DNA from: Christensenellales bacterium
Lineage (GTDB): Bacteria > Bacillota > Clostridia > Christensenellales > CAG-917
Direction: 5' to 3'
Length of the DNA stretch: 64,000 bases
NCBI GenBank assembly: GCA_051883555.1
Contig: JBJETY010000052.1
Location: 40,250 to 104,249 of the forward strand
The notes below the pieces were generated by a model, which was not told the DNA's origin, did no database searches, and saw only the letters and a list, made by a program, of their open reading frames with translations. How positions within the stretch are numbered: the stretch's first letter is position 1; every line of letters begins with the position of its first letter. Below, piece after piece: positions 1-9,264 of the stretch. Position numbers and translations under genes: made by a program.

Positions 1-1872
1 GAAGGCGGCGACCATCTTTACGTTGCGATAGACCAGATGGACAATATCACAAAGTTTATCGGCGAAGAAAATCCGCCGTTGAACAAACTCGGCGGCAAGG
101 AATTCAAACGTGAAAAAGAAAAGGTTAAAAAATCCGTAAGACAGATTGCAATAAATCTTGTCAATCTTTATGCCGAACGCGAAAAAATGAAGGGACACGT
201 CTATCAGGCGGATACGATAAAGCAAAGACAATTCGAAGACGCGTTTATATACGAAGAAACGCCCGACCAGCTCGAGACAATCGCTACGATAAAACAGGAA
301 ATGGAAAAGGGCAAAGTTATAGACCGACTTATATGCGGCGACGTAGGATTCGGCAAAACTGAAGTTGCGTTCAGAGCTATGTTTAAAACCGTTATGGAAG
401 GCAAACAGGCGGCTCTTCTTGCGCCGACGACGATACTTGCCAAACAGCATTACGAAACCTTGAAACCGAGATTAGAGCCGTTCGGGATAAGACTCGAACT
501 TCTTACCCGTTTTCAGACGGCGGCGGAGAGAAAGGAAATAATAGACGGATTGAAAAACGGCGACGTTCAGATGATAATTGCCACTCACCGTATTTTGTCT
601 AAAGAAGTTGAGTTTTTCGATTTGGGTTTGCTTGTGCTTGACGAAGAACAGCGTTTCGGCGTAGAACATAAAGAAAAACTTAAAGAAAGAAATCCGGGAA
701 TAAACGTTCTGACGCTTTCTGCAACGCCTATTCCGAGAACGCTCAATATGTCCCTGTCGGGCGTAAGGGATATATCTCTTTTAGAAACTCCACCGCTAGG
801 GCGATTGCCTGTCGAAACTTACGTGGTAGAATATTCGGACGGACTTGTAGCGGACGCCGTAAAATCGGAAGTTGCAAGAGGCGGACAGGTTTTCGTTTTA
901 TATAACAAAGTAGAAAGCATATCGCAATTTACTTTTAAGTTGTCGTCAATGCTTGACGGAATACGGGTACGCTTTGCACACGGACAGATGAGCGGCAGAC
1001 TTTTGGAAGACACGGTTGAAGCGTTTTATGAAAAGGAATTCGACGTTTTGGTAGCTACGACGATTATTGAAAACGGAATCGATTTACCCGACGCAAACAC
1101 TCTTATAGTTATCGATTCGCAGAATTTCGGATTAAGTCAGCTTTATCAGCTGAGAGGACGTGTCGGCAGACGCGGCGCTTTGGCAAAAGCATATTTCACC
1201 GTTCCGCCGTCAAGAAGCATGACCGAGGACGCAGAAAAGCGTTTCGACGCATTGCTCGATAACACCGAAATAGGCAGCGGCTTTAAAATTTCTCTTGCCG
1301 ACCTTTCGATAAGAGGCGCGGGAAATATTTTAGGTGCGGAACAACACGGACACATCGAAAAAGTCGGATACGAAATGTACCTTGAAATTCTCGAAGACGC
1401 GATAAAAGAAATTAAGACGGGCATTAAAAGCGACGAAGAAAATATCGATTTCAAAATCGACGCAACGACGTATATTTCAAGCGATTACGTGTCGAGTCGC
1501 GACAAAATCAAACTTTATAAGCGTATAGCTTCCGTTTCGTCGATAAACGAACGCAACGACTTGCTCAACGAAATCGAGTTGAGTTACGGAACGCCTGAAA
1601 GGGGAATAAAGAATTTAATCAACATAGCTTTGATAAAAAACCGCATAAAAGGTTTGGGAGTAAAAAGCGTAATCGTCAATCGCAAAGGGGCAGGAGTGAA
1701 CTTTACGGGGGACGAAGTGTTTTCGAACGACCGCATAATAAAAGCCGTTTCCGAGAACAGAGATAAGGTCGTGCTGACGTCGACTATTCCGCCTACGCTC
1801 GTATTTAACGTGGCAGACCTTACGCCGGAAGAAAAGCTTGACAGAATTGCCGGATTCTTCTGCGGTTGTTAG
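1..1872 (+). CDS. mfd: Transcription-repair coupling factor Mfd, C-terminal ~620 aa (5' end outside window)
   Basis: The frame is open from base 1. Superfamily-2 helicase motifs are present (GDVGFGKTEVA, LDEEQRFGV, LSATPIPRT, QLRGRVGRRG), followed by a TRCF C-terminal region. Confidence 0.9.
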   Translation, partial: EGGDHLYVAIDQMDNITKFIGEENPPLNKLGGKEFKREKEKVKKSVRQIAINLVNLYAEREKMKGHVYQADTIKQRQFEDAFIYEETPDQLETIATIKQEMEKGKVIDRLICGDVGFGKTEVAFRAMFKTVMEGKQAALLAPTTILAKQHYETLKPRLEPFGIRLELLTRFQTAAERKEIIDGLKNGDVQMIIATHRILSKEVEFFDLGLLVLDEEQRFGVEHKEKLKERNPGINVLTLSATPIPRTLNMSLSGVRDISLLETPPLGRLPVETYVVEYSDGLVADAVKSEVARGGQVFVLYNKVESISQFTFKLSSMLDGIRVRFAHGQMSGRLLEDTVEAFYEKEFDVLVATTIIENGIDLPDANTLIVIDSQNFGLSQLYQLRGRVGRRGALAKAYFTVPPSRSMTEDAEKRFDALLDNTEIGSGFKISLADLSIRGAGNILGAEQHGHIEKVGYEMYLEILEDAIKEIKTGIKSDEENIDFKIDATTYISSDYVSSRDKIKLYKRIASVSSINERNDLLNEIELSYGTPERGIKNLINIALIKNRIKGLGVKSVIVNRKGAGVNFTGDEVFSNDRIIKAVSENRDKVVLTSTIPPTLVFNVADLTPEEKLDRIAGFFCGC

Positions 1873-1943
1873 GTTAAGTTTTTGTTGCTTTTTAACGATA
1901 AGTTGTGTATAATACATACGTTTAAGATATATTGGAGACTAAT

Positions 1944-4202
1944 ATGAAAAAATTTAAATTATTAGCTTTGATTTTAATAATCGCTATGCTCACGGTCGCT
2001 TTTACGGCTTGTGATGAAATTTTTAAAAAGAACGAGGAAAGAGATTTCAATCAGGTAGTTGCAACGGTCAGTTATTCGACTACCGTAAACGGTAAAAACT
2101 CTACTCAGACGGCAAATATTTTAAAAGGCGATTTGCAATCGTCGTATTCTAATTACGGATATATTTACGTCAACTATTACGGAATGTCCGAAAGCGAGAC
2201 AGCCGAAATGCTTTTAAAGCAGCTTTATCAGAGAAAAGCTCTTGTGATGTTTTCAAAAGCATATTTAATCGATAACGCTTGCGAAGGCATAACGATTACC
2301 GCTCTTCCGGAAAGCGTAGAAATCGAAAAGCTTTTGACGGACGCGGAAATCAACAAGGCGATAAAAGCGACGAACGAAGATATGAAGAAATCGCTTGACA
2401 GCGTAATCGAAGGCTTGATTGCCGATAAAAAGGCAAATACCGGCACGTCTTCCGAAACGGAAGAACAACCGACGGCGGTCAGCGATAAAGTATACAAAGT
2501 ATATTTCAATTCCAACGGCGGCAGCGACGTCGACACGCAAAAAGTCAAAGACGGTACGTGGGCAAGCGAACCTACCGCGCCTACGAAAGACGGATACACT
2601 TTCGGCGGCTGGTTTACGGACGACGCCTATACGACCAAATACAATTTCAAAACGGCGGTCAGTGCAAATTTGACTTTGTATGCAAAGTGGTATGAATATA
2701 CCGAGCCTAGAACGGTCAGAGAAACCACCGAATCGGAAGAAGAGTTCGACCCGCAAGTCGGAGTTGCCATCGAAAGAGAAAAATATTTCTTCGACGCCGA
2801 TTATATTTCAACCTTAACCTTTAAGGATATGGAATCGGGATATACCGAACAAGAATATCTTGATTTCCTCGAAGAGGGCGTAAAACAGCTTAAAGATACT
2901 ATCGCAAAGAATTATCGCACTTACGAATATTTCCTTAACGAACAATACGAGTCGGTTTTGCTTGAAAAATTCAAACGTTGTTTGAATATGAATCAGACCG
3001 TAAGCGATGAAGAAATAAACGCAAAATACGAATCGCTTATCAGTCAGAATAAAGAAAGCTTTACTCAGTCGTCTGATAACTATTCATCGAATCTCAAATC
3101 CGCTCTTTCGGAAACGATTTACAATCTTAACACGACGGCAGGTCAGAGATACGGTTTTGTAACTAACATATTGCTTAAATTCGACGACGATGAACTTAAA
3201 CAACTCACCGACCTTATCGAAAGCGGAACAAGCACTGCCGAACAGGTAAAAGCATTAAGAGATAAACTTGTCGCAGAGCATACGGTAAAGATTTCAAATC
3301 ACGCTTACGACGCGGAATACGAATGCGATAAACATGAATGCGACGGCGATTGCGACCCTATGACTTGCCCTGAACACGAGTGCAACGCAACCGATACGCT
3401 TACGGAAGAAAATTATAACAAACTTATCGAAATCGTTGCCGAAGACGGCAAGCCGGTTATTAAATATAACGCAGAAATCTGTCCGTCGATGGCATATCTT
3501 CTTACCGAATGGCCTGCCTTTACGGTCAGTACGCAAATCGGCGTTGTAGACCAATATAAAGCAAGCCTCGAACAAGTTGACAGCGTTTGCGACAGTTTAG
3601 GATATAGTTTGGCTCAGAAAATTTATTGGAGAAACGAAGTCGTTACGGCTTGGTTGTATCTTATAGGCGACGATAGCGGCGCGGTTTCGAGCGACAGCAA
3701 CAACGGCGGACTCGGATATCTCGTTTGCCCTGAAGACGTCGGCTCTTCCGGATATATCGCAGAATTCGAAGAGAGAGCAAGAGACCTTATTGCAAAAGGT
3801 ACGGGAGCGGCATACGTCGGAAGCGGTACGGACTTGACCGATTATTACGTTGTCGGCGATAATTTTATCGATGAAAACACAACTTCCAGTGCATATTGCG
3901 GAATATTCATTATATATGCAAGTTACGTTCCTTACGACGTTGAAACGTATAAGGCAAACGGCGGAACGAGCCTTAACGGAACAAACGACGATTTCGCAGT
4001 TTCGGGAAATCTTCCGCTCGATTACGTAGTGAGCTATGACGGAACGGAAGACGGCGTTACGATTAAAGCAAATATAGAAAAGGCTCTTTTAGACGCAAAG
4101 AACACTGCAAACTATAACAGCGTCGTAAATACTTTCCTTAACGGAAACGACGTGATAGTGGAAAAATTCGACAAGATAATAAAGCAAGTTTACAGCGACT
4201 AA
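1944..4202 (+). CDS. Large lipoprotein with PrsA/SurA-like foldase architecture, an inserted Listeria-Bacteroides (Flg_new) repeat and a Cys-rich cluster
   Basis: GGAGA RBS lies before the ATG at 1944. Lipobox LTVAFTAC. The N-terminus resembles a SurA-N-like segment (VVATV...). A Flg_new-like block reads YKVYFNSNGG...GYTFGGWFTD...LYAKW. A possible degenerate parvulin-like stretch reads NGGLGYL...GYIAEFEERARDL. The mfd-prsA order is typical in Clostridia. Confidence 0.5.
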   Translation: MKKFKLLALILIIAMLTVAFTACDEIFKKNEERDFNQVVATVSYSTTVNGKNSTQTANILKGDLQSSYSNYGYIYVNYYGMSESETAEMLLKQLYQRKALVMFSKAYLIDNACEGITITALPESVEIEKLLTDAEINKAIKATNEDMKKSLDSVIEGLIADKKANTGTSSETEEQPTAVSDKVYKVYFNSNGGSDVDTQKVKDGTWASEPTAPTKDGYTFGGWFTDDAYTTKYNFKTAVSANLTLYAKWYEYTEPRTVRETTESEEEFDPQVGVAIEREKYFFDADYISTLTFKDMESGYTEQEYLDFLEEGVKQLKDTIAKNYRTYEYFLNEQYESVLLEKFKRCLNMNQTVSDEEINAKYESLISQNKESFTQSSDNYSSNLKSALSETIYNLNTTAGQRYGFVTNILLKFDDDELKQLTDLIESGTSTAEQVKALRDKLVAEHTVKISNHAYDAEYECDKHECDGDCDPMTCPEHECNATDTLTEENYNKLIEIVAEDGKPVIKYNAEICPSMAYLLTEWPAFTVSTQIGVVDQYKASLEQVDSVCDSLGYSLAQKIYWRNEVVTAWLYLIGDDSGAVSSDSNNGGLGYLVCPEDVGSSGYIAEFEERARDLIAKGTGAAYVGSGTDLTDYYVVGDNFIDENTTSSAYCGIFIIYASYVPYDVETYKANGGTSLNGTNDDFAVSGNLPLDYVVSYDGTEDGVTIKANIEKALLDAKNTANYNSVVNTFLNGNDVIVEKFDKIIKQVYSD

Positions 4203-4267
4203 AATTTATATTTAATCTTGTTGAAATTAAATCATTCTGTTAAAATAAAAAAAGCATAACGAAAAAT

Positions 4268-4296
4268 AAAATCGCCGAAAGGCGATTTTATTTTTT
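4268..4296. terminator. Hairpin terminator between convergent genes
   Basis: aaaatcgcc-gaaa-ggcgatttt followed by a T-run, with an A-run upstream, so it is possibly bidirectional. Confidence 0.7.
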
Positions 4297-4332
4297 GACT
4301 TTATAATTATTTTGCGTGTTTAGCATATTTGC

Positions 4333-4440
4333 ATTTCGGCTGATTCGGCGATTTAGGTTTATTTTGTAAGTGTAACCAATCTGCAATTTCGGTTTGTTTT
4401 TGTAAGTGTAGCTAATTTAACGATTTCGGTTTATTTACAG
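4333..4440. repeat. Degenerate tandem repeat of about 36 bp, 3 copies
   Basis: The unit atttcggttt(a/g)tttttgtaagtgta(a/g)c(c/t)aat recurs at about 4351, 4386 and 4423. Confidence 0.7.
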
Positions 4441-4641
4441 CTTGAATTTGTTTTGTCCCTTAGATTTTAAATTACATTAAAAACCCGTTTAAGAAGTGAT
4501 TTAAAAAAGTTTAATAAGAAATTTTAAAAGCGTCCATAAAAGCGTTTAAATTTTTTTAAAAACTTTTATAAGATTTTTCTTAAAAGGTTTTAACTGTTTA
4601 TAAATAGTTTTAATTGATTTTACGCATTGAATTTTTTCGTT

Positions 4642-4965
4642 TTATGCTTTAAGCGTCGTTTTGTCGGCTTTCAATTTTTTTCTTACGGCAACAAAAGACG
4701 ATAATTTTTTAAGTGGACAAAAAGCGAGCAAGAAGCCTGCCGCGGCAATCGCGACGTGATAAAATTTAATATCGCCGTTTTGCGTTTTTTGCAGACAGAA
4801 TATAAACAGCGCAAACGAACCCGCCGTGATTAAAAAATCGATAATAAAGGCGACGGCTTTTTTAAATTTAAAGAGCGACAGGCAAAAAAAGCAAAGCCCC
4901 GCCGTTGCGCCGACGCCTAAACATACCAGAGCGCCTAAAGTCTGATAAGGAACGTTTACCGTCAT
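4642..4965 (-). CDS. yabQ: Small multi-TM protein, probable spore cortex protein YabQ
   Basis: Hydrophobic 107-aa protein. Its ATGA start/stop overlap with upstream yabP matches the conserved yabP-yabQ order. Confidence 0.55.
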   Translation of the reverse strand: MTVNVPYQTLGALVCLGVGATAGLCFFCLSLFKFKKAVAFIIDFLITAGSFALFIFCLQKTQNGDIKFYHVAIAAAGFLLAFCPLKKLSSFVAVRKKLKADKTTLKA

Positions 4966-5237
4966 TTGAACAACTTTTTAAGGAAGGATTTCGGAGTGCG
5001 TTCGCTAGCGTATACAATTTTGAACAATTCGCCGTCTATTTCGAGATTGCCGTTGTCTACGTCAAGATTCGTAACGCTAAGACCCGTTCCGTCCATCGTA
5101 AGAACCTTTCCGTTGTCGAGCGTCATGACAACCTGTCGGTCGGAAAAACCCTCGACGTTTTTAATGCCCGTCAAAGAAATCTTTTTTCCGTTTTCATATT
5201 TTAAACCGTGCGATTTTACAATTTTTTTCTCTTCCAT
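4962..5237 (-). CDS. yabP: Sporulation protein YabP
   Basis: AGGTGGA RBS precedes the ATG at 5237. YabP-like sequence (ISLTGIKNVEGFSDRQVVM...LSVTNLDVDNGNLEIDGEL). Confidence 0.8.
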   Translation of the reverse strand: MEEKKIVKSHGLKYENGKKISLTGIKNVEGFSDRQVVMTLDNGKVLTMDGTGLSVTNLDVDNGNLEIDGELFKIVYASERTPKSFLKKLFK

Positions 5238-5304
5238 TTTCCACCTGCGTTTACTCTGTGACAATATATGACTTTAACGGCAATTTTATTCCGATACAAT
5301 TCGA

Positions 5305-5333
5305 TTGACAACAAACTTAATAAATAATAAGAT
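5305..5333 (+). promoter_or_regulatory. Putative sigma-A promoter abutting the ATG (possible leaderless transcript)
   Basis: TTGACA, 17-nt spacer, TAAGAT. The ATG at 5340 lies 6 nt after the -10 and has no SD. Confidence 0.4.
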
Positions 5334-5339
5334 AATTCT

Positions 5340-6617
5340 ATGAAAAAAATTTTAAAATGGTTTAAGCTGGATTATTCCGCCAGCTTTTATCCCGTTCTGA
5401 CAACCCGTACGGCACAGAGCATATTCAGGATATCGGCAATTATGGACGACGTAGTCAATCCCGAGATGCTTTTAGACGCTTTAAACGAGGTTATAGTCAG
5501 ATTTCCTCTCTATAAGGTACGACAGAGAGCCGGAATTTTTTGGTATTATCTTGAAGAAAATACGGAGCCTTTCAACGTCTTTGAGGACGACGGAATATTG
5601 CTGAAAAAAATAGATACTAAAAAAACTAACGGATACTTATTCCGTCTGTGTTATTTCGGAAAAAAAATTTCATTGGATATGTTCCACGGCCTTACCGACG
5701 GAACGGGCGCTATGGTGTTTTTCAGAGCGATAATTTTTGCTTATGCTAAAAAATGCGGAAAAACGCCGTCGGCTGAAAACGTAATAGATTTATTGGAAAC
5801 GCCTTCTTCGGCGGAATTCGAAGACAGCTTTGCACGGTATGCGCAAAAGACGAAGTTGAAAGATATAGAACTCAACAAGTTTATGGGGCAGCGGCCGCTT
5901 GTAGTGGACGGACATAAATTCGTCGGCGAAGGATACGGTTCCATTACGGGAGAAATCAGCGTAACGCAACTTAAGGAGCTGGCAAAAAAATATAATTGCA
6001 ACGTCACGCATCTTGTTTGCGCAAAGTTGATAAAAGCCATATACGATAACGACAAAAAGAAAAAACGCCCGTGCGTAATTATGGTGCCGATAAATTTCAG
6101 AAAGCAATTCGAATCGATAACGCTGAAGAATTTCGTACTGTTCACAAAAATTTACGTTTATCCGAAGAATTGCGACAGCCTTGAAAACATTATCGGTTGC
6201 GTAAGGGAACAGATGGCGCAGGCAGCGCTTAAAGAGGAACAGCAAAAACAGATAAATACGACCGTTAACGGAATCAATACTTTTGTGTTTAAGATTTTGC
6301 CTTTGCCTATAAAATATTTCTTTATCCGTCTGGGAAGGTTGTTTTTTAAATCTAAGCATTCGATGATTTTTTCGAATCTCGGAGTGGCAAACATGCCTGA
6401 AGGGGCAGGGCTTAACAAAGTATTTTTCAATCTCAACGTTTCGAATAATAATCCCGTAAATTGCGGAGCAATTTCGAACGGCGATACGCTTATGATAAGT
6501 TTTACGAGGACCATAGCGGAAACGGAAGTGGAAAGGAGATTTTTCACGTCGCTCACCGAAGAGGGAGTTAAAGTCAAAATCATGTCTAATTTCAGGGAGG
6601 AGCAAAGTGTACTGTAA
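5340..6617 (+). CDS. HxxxDG acyltransferase of the condensation / alcohol-acetyltransferase-like superfamily, substrate unknown
   Basis: The motif FHGLTDGTGAMVFF matches HxxxDG. The N-terminal WFKLDYSASFYP...IFWYYLEEN pattern resembles uncharacterised clostridial alcohol-acetyltransferase-like proteins, as far as I recall. Confidence 0.5.
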   Translation: MKKILKWFKLDYSASFYPVLTTRTAQSIFRISAIMDDVVNPEMLLDALNEVIVRFPLYKVRQRAGIFWYYLEENTEPFNVFEDDGILLKKIDTKKTNGYLFRLCYFGKKISLDMFHGLTDGTGAMVFFRAIIFAYAKKCGKTPSAENVIDLLETPSSAEFEDSFARYAQKTKLKDIELNKFMGQRPLVVDGHKFVGEGYGSITGEISVTQLKELAKKYNCNVTHLVCAKLIKAIYDNDKKKKRPCVIMVPINFRKQFESITLKNFVLFTKIYVYPKNCDSLENIIGCVREQMAQAALKEEQQKQINTTVNGINTFVFKILPLPIKYFFIRLGRLFFKSKHSMIFSNLGVANMPEGAGLNKVFFNLNVSNNNPVNCGAISNGDTLMISFTRTIAETEVERRFFTSLTEEGVKVKIMSNFREEQSVL

Positions 6618-7266
6618 ACATTGCAACGTAGAAATCGAAGGCAATGCAAGGGTATGTCCTCTTTGTCATAAGCCGCTTGACGGCGACGACCTTGCGTTTC
6701 CGATAATTAAAAAAACAAAACGTAAAATAAACGTTACATTCGGACTCGTTTATATTATAATAGCATTGGCGGTAAGCGTCGTTTGTCTTGCGGTAAACTT
6801 TCTTTTGCCGCATAAACTTTTGTGGAGTCTGACGGTAATCGCTCTTCTGGCATATTTCTTTATCGTGTTTCAGACGGTATTTTCCAAAAGAAACGCCGCG
6901 GTAAAGATATTCCTTCAGATTTTGTTTCTGGTGCTTGTCGCATACGGGCTCGAGAAGTTAAGTCCGAATGTACGATGGGCGGCAAATTATGCGGTACCGA
7001 TAATAATTCTGCTCGGGGGACTACTTCTTATGATTTTGTCTCTTGCCGTAAAGAAAGCAGGACCGTTTATTTTAAACCTTATATTCGTAGCGATATTGGG
7101 GCTTTTGCCCGTCATATATAATCTTATCGTAAAAACTCACGTATGGATTCCGACGATAATCTGTGCGTGCGGTTCGGGCGGTATGCTGTTGTTTGCCGTT
7201 TTATACGGAATATTCAGCGAAAAAGGAATATTGAAAGAAGAAATAAAAAGAAAATTTCATCTTTAA
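6607..7266 (+). CDS. Zinc-ribbon plus multi-TM membrane protein (DUF6320-like)
   Basis: GTG start with a GGGAGGAG RBS, overlapping the upstream stop. N-terminal CKHC...CPLC zinc ribbon followed by about 5 hydrophobic helices. Confidence 0.5.
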   Translation: MYCKHCNVEIEGNARVCPLCHKPLDGDDLAFPIIKKTKRKINVTFGLVYIIIALAVSVVCLAVNFLLPHKLLWSLTVIALLAYFFIVFQTVFSKRNAAVKIFLQILFLVLVAYGLEKLSPNVRWAANYAVPIIILLGGLLLMILSLAVKKAGPFILNLIFVAILGLLPVIYNLIVKTHVWIPTIICACGSGGMLLFAVLYGIFSEKGILKEEIKRKFHL

Positions 7267-7470
7267 AATAGATACCTTTTAAAAGTTTGTGCTAAAATCT
7301 AATAGACGTAAAATTTGATAGCGCTAAAACCTAATAGTTTTAAACTTAAATAGCGGATAGAGCTAAAAAGCGAATAAAAAAAGCGGCCTTATCTGCTTGA
7401 AAGAAAAATAAGAAAATTTATAAAAGAAAAATAATGAACATATGATTTTATTTGTTAGCGAGAGGATAAA

Positions 7471-9264
7471 ATGGAAAAATTGACATCAAACGAGCTTAGA
7501 GCAAAATATCTTGAATTTTTTAAAGAACGCGGACACGCTATTATTCCGTCCGCGTCGCTCATACCGGAAAACGACCCGACGGTCTTGTTTACAACGGCAG
7601 GTATGCATCCGCTTGTGCCGTATCTGCTCGGTGAAAAACATCCGCAGGGAACAAGACTTACCGACGTGCAGATATGCGTCAGAACGGGCGATATCGAAGA
7701 GGTCGGCGACGCGTCGCACTGTACGTTTTTCGAAATGCTCGGAAACTGGTCGTTAGGCGATTATTTTAAAAAGGAAGCGATAACCTGGTCGTTTGAATTT
7801 TTGACTAAGGTTTTGGGCATACCGCTTGAAAGACTTTCCGTAAGCGTTTTTGCGGGCGACGACAGTTGTCCTAGAGACGAAGAATCCGCCAAGATTTGGG
7901 AGAGTCTGGGACTTCCGAAAGAAAGAATATTCTTTTTGCCTAAAAAGAATAACTGGTGGGGACCTGCGGGAATTACCGGACCATGCGGACCGGATACGGA
8001 AATGTTTATAGACACGGGCAAACCGAAGTGCAGCGAAGATTGCAGTCCTGCATGCGATTGCGGAAAATATCTTGAAATATGGAACAACGTATTTATGCAA
8101 TATTTCAAAGGAGCGGACGGAAAACTCTCTCCGCTTGAAAAGAAAAACGTGGATACGGGAATGGGCCTTGAACGCACGCTTTGCATCTTAAACGGCTATA
8201 AATCCGTATACGAAACGGACTTATTCGATTTCGTAATCAAAAAGCTCGAAGAGTTGTCGGGCAAGAAATATGCGGACGGCGGCGACGATATGACGGCTAT
8301 GAGAATAATTGCCGACCATATAAGAACGGCAACCTTTATGCTCGGCGACGTAAACGGTATAACTCCGTCCAACGTCGATCAAGGTTACGTATTGAGAAGA
8401 CTTATTCGTCGTGCCGTAAGATATGCGCTTAAACTCAACCTTCCGCAAGGAGCTATTGAAGAGATTGCAAAACTTTATATTGCAAAGTACGAAAGCGTAT
8501 ACGAATCGATTAAGAACAACGCCGAAAAGATTGTTTCGGAATTGCAGCTCGAAGAAGAGCGTTTTTCAAAGACGTTGGAATTGGGACTTAAAGAATTTGA
8601 AAAAGTTATTACGCATATTCCTACCAAGACCGTTCCGGGAAAGACGGCGTTCAGACTTTACGATACGTTCGGTTTCCCTTTGGAAATGACCGTCGAGCTT
8701 GCCAAAGAAAACGGCTTTGACGTTGACGTGGACGGCTACGATAAGGCGTTTAAAGAGCATCAGGAAAAATCCAAACTCGGCGCCGACCAGAAATTTAAAG
8801 GCGGTCTTGCCGATGGCGGCGAAGAAACGGCAAAACTTCACTCGGCAACTCACTTGCTTAACGCAGCTTTAAAAGAAGTGCTTTGCGACCCTACCATTAT
8901 GCAAAAGGGCAGCAATATTACGGCTGAAAGACTCAGATTCGATTTCAATTTCGACAGACCTTTGACAAAAGAAGAGATTGCAAAAGTCGAAGAAAGGGTA
9001 AATGCGGAAATTGCGAAAAAGATTGATATCAAATGCGAGGAAATGACGGTAGACGAAGCAAGAAAGAGCGGTGCAATCGGCGTATTCGCTTCGAAATACG
9101 GTGAAAGGGTAAAAGTCTATACAATAGGTTTCTCAAAAGAGATTTGCGGCGGACCGCATGCAAACAACACGGGCGACCTCGGACAATTCCGGATTGTGAA
9201 AGAACAAAGTTCTTCTGCAGGCGTCAGAAGAATTAAGGCGGTACTTATCAAGGAAGATAAATAA
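7471..9264 (+). CDS. alaS: Alanine--tRNA ligase, short form (597 aa, no C-Ala domain)
   Basis: Class II AlaRS N-terminus (FFKERGH, LFTTAGM, HCTFFEMLGNWSLGDYFK). Editing-domain HxxxH (HSATHLL) and CGGPH. The protein ends just after GVRRIKAV. Confidence 0.85.
   Translation: MEKLTSNELRAKYLEFFKERGHAIIPSASLIPENDPTVLFTTAGMHPLVPYLLGEKHPQGTRLTDVQICVRTGDIEEVGDASHCTFFEMLGNWSLGDYFKKEAITWSFEFLTKVLGIPLERLSVSVFAGDDSCPRDEESAKIWESLGLPKERIFFLPKKNNWWGPAGITGPCGPDTEMFIDTGKPKCSEDCSPACDCGKYLEIWNNVFMQYFKGADGKLSPLEKKNVDTGMGLERTLCILNGYKSVYETDLFDFVIKKLEELSGKKYADGGDDMTAMRIIADHIRTATFMLGDVNGITPSNVDQGYVLRRLIRRAVRYALKLNLPQGAIEEIAKLYIAKYESVYESIKNNAEKIVSELQLEEERFSKTLELGLKEFEKVITHIPTKTVPGKTAFRLYDTFGFPLEMTVELAKENGFDVDVDGYDKAFKEHQEKSKLGADQKFKGGLADGGEETAKLHSATHLLNAALKEVLCDPTIMQKGSNITAERLRFDFNFDRPLTKEEIAKVEERVNAEIAKKIDIKCEEMTVDEARKSGAIGVFASKYGERVKVYTIGFSKEICGGPHANNTGDLGQFRIVKEQSSSAGVRRIKAVLIKEDK

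Noticed and set aside
7267-7470. T-box leaders upstream of the aminoacyl-tRNA synthetase genes (alaS here, also proS at 22376-22599, lysS, and gltX at 53228-53511)
   Set aside because: The leaders are short or lack the conserved T-box sequence and a terminator/antiterminator pair. The proS and gltX upstream regions look like plain promoters.
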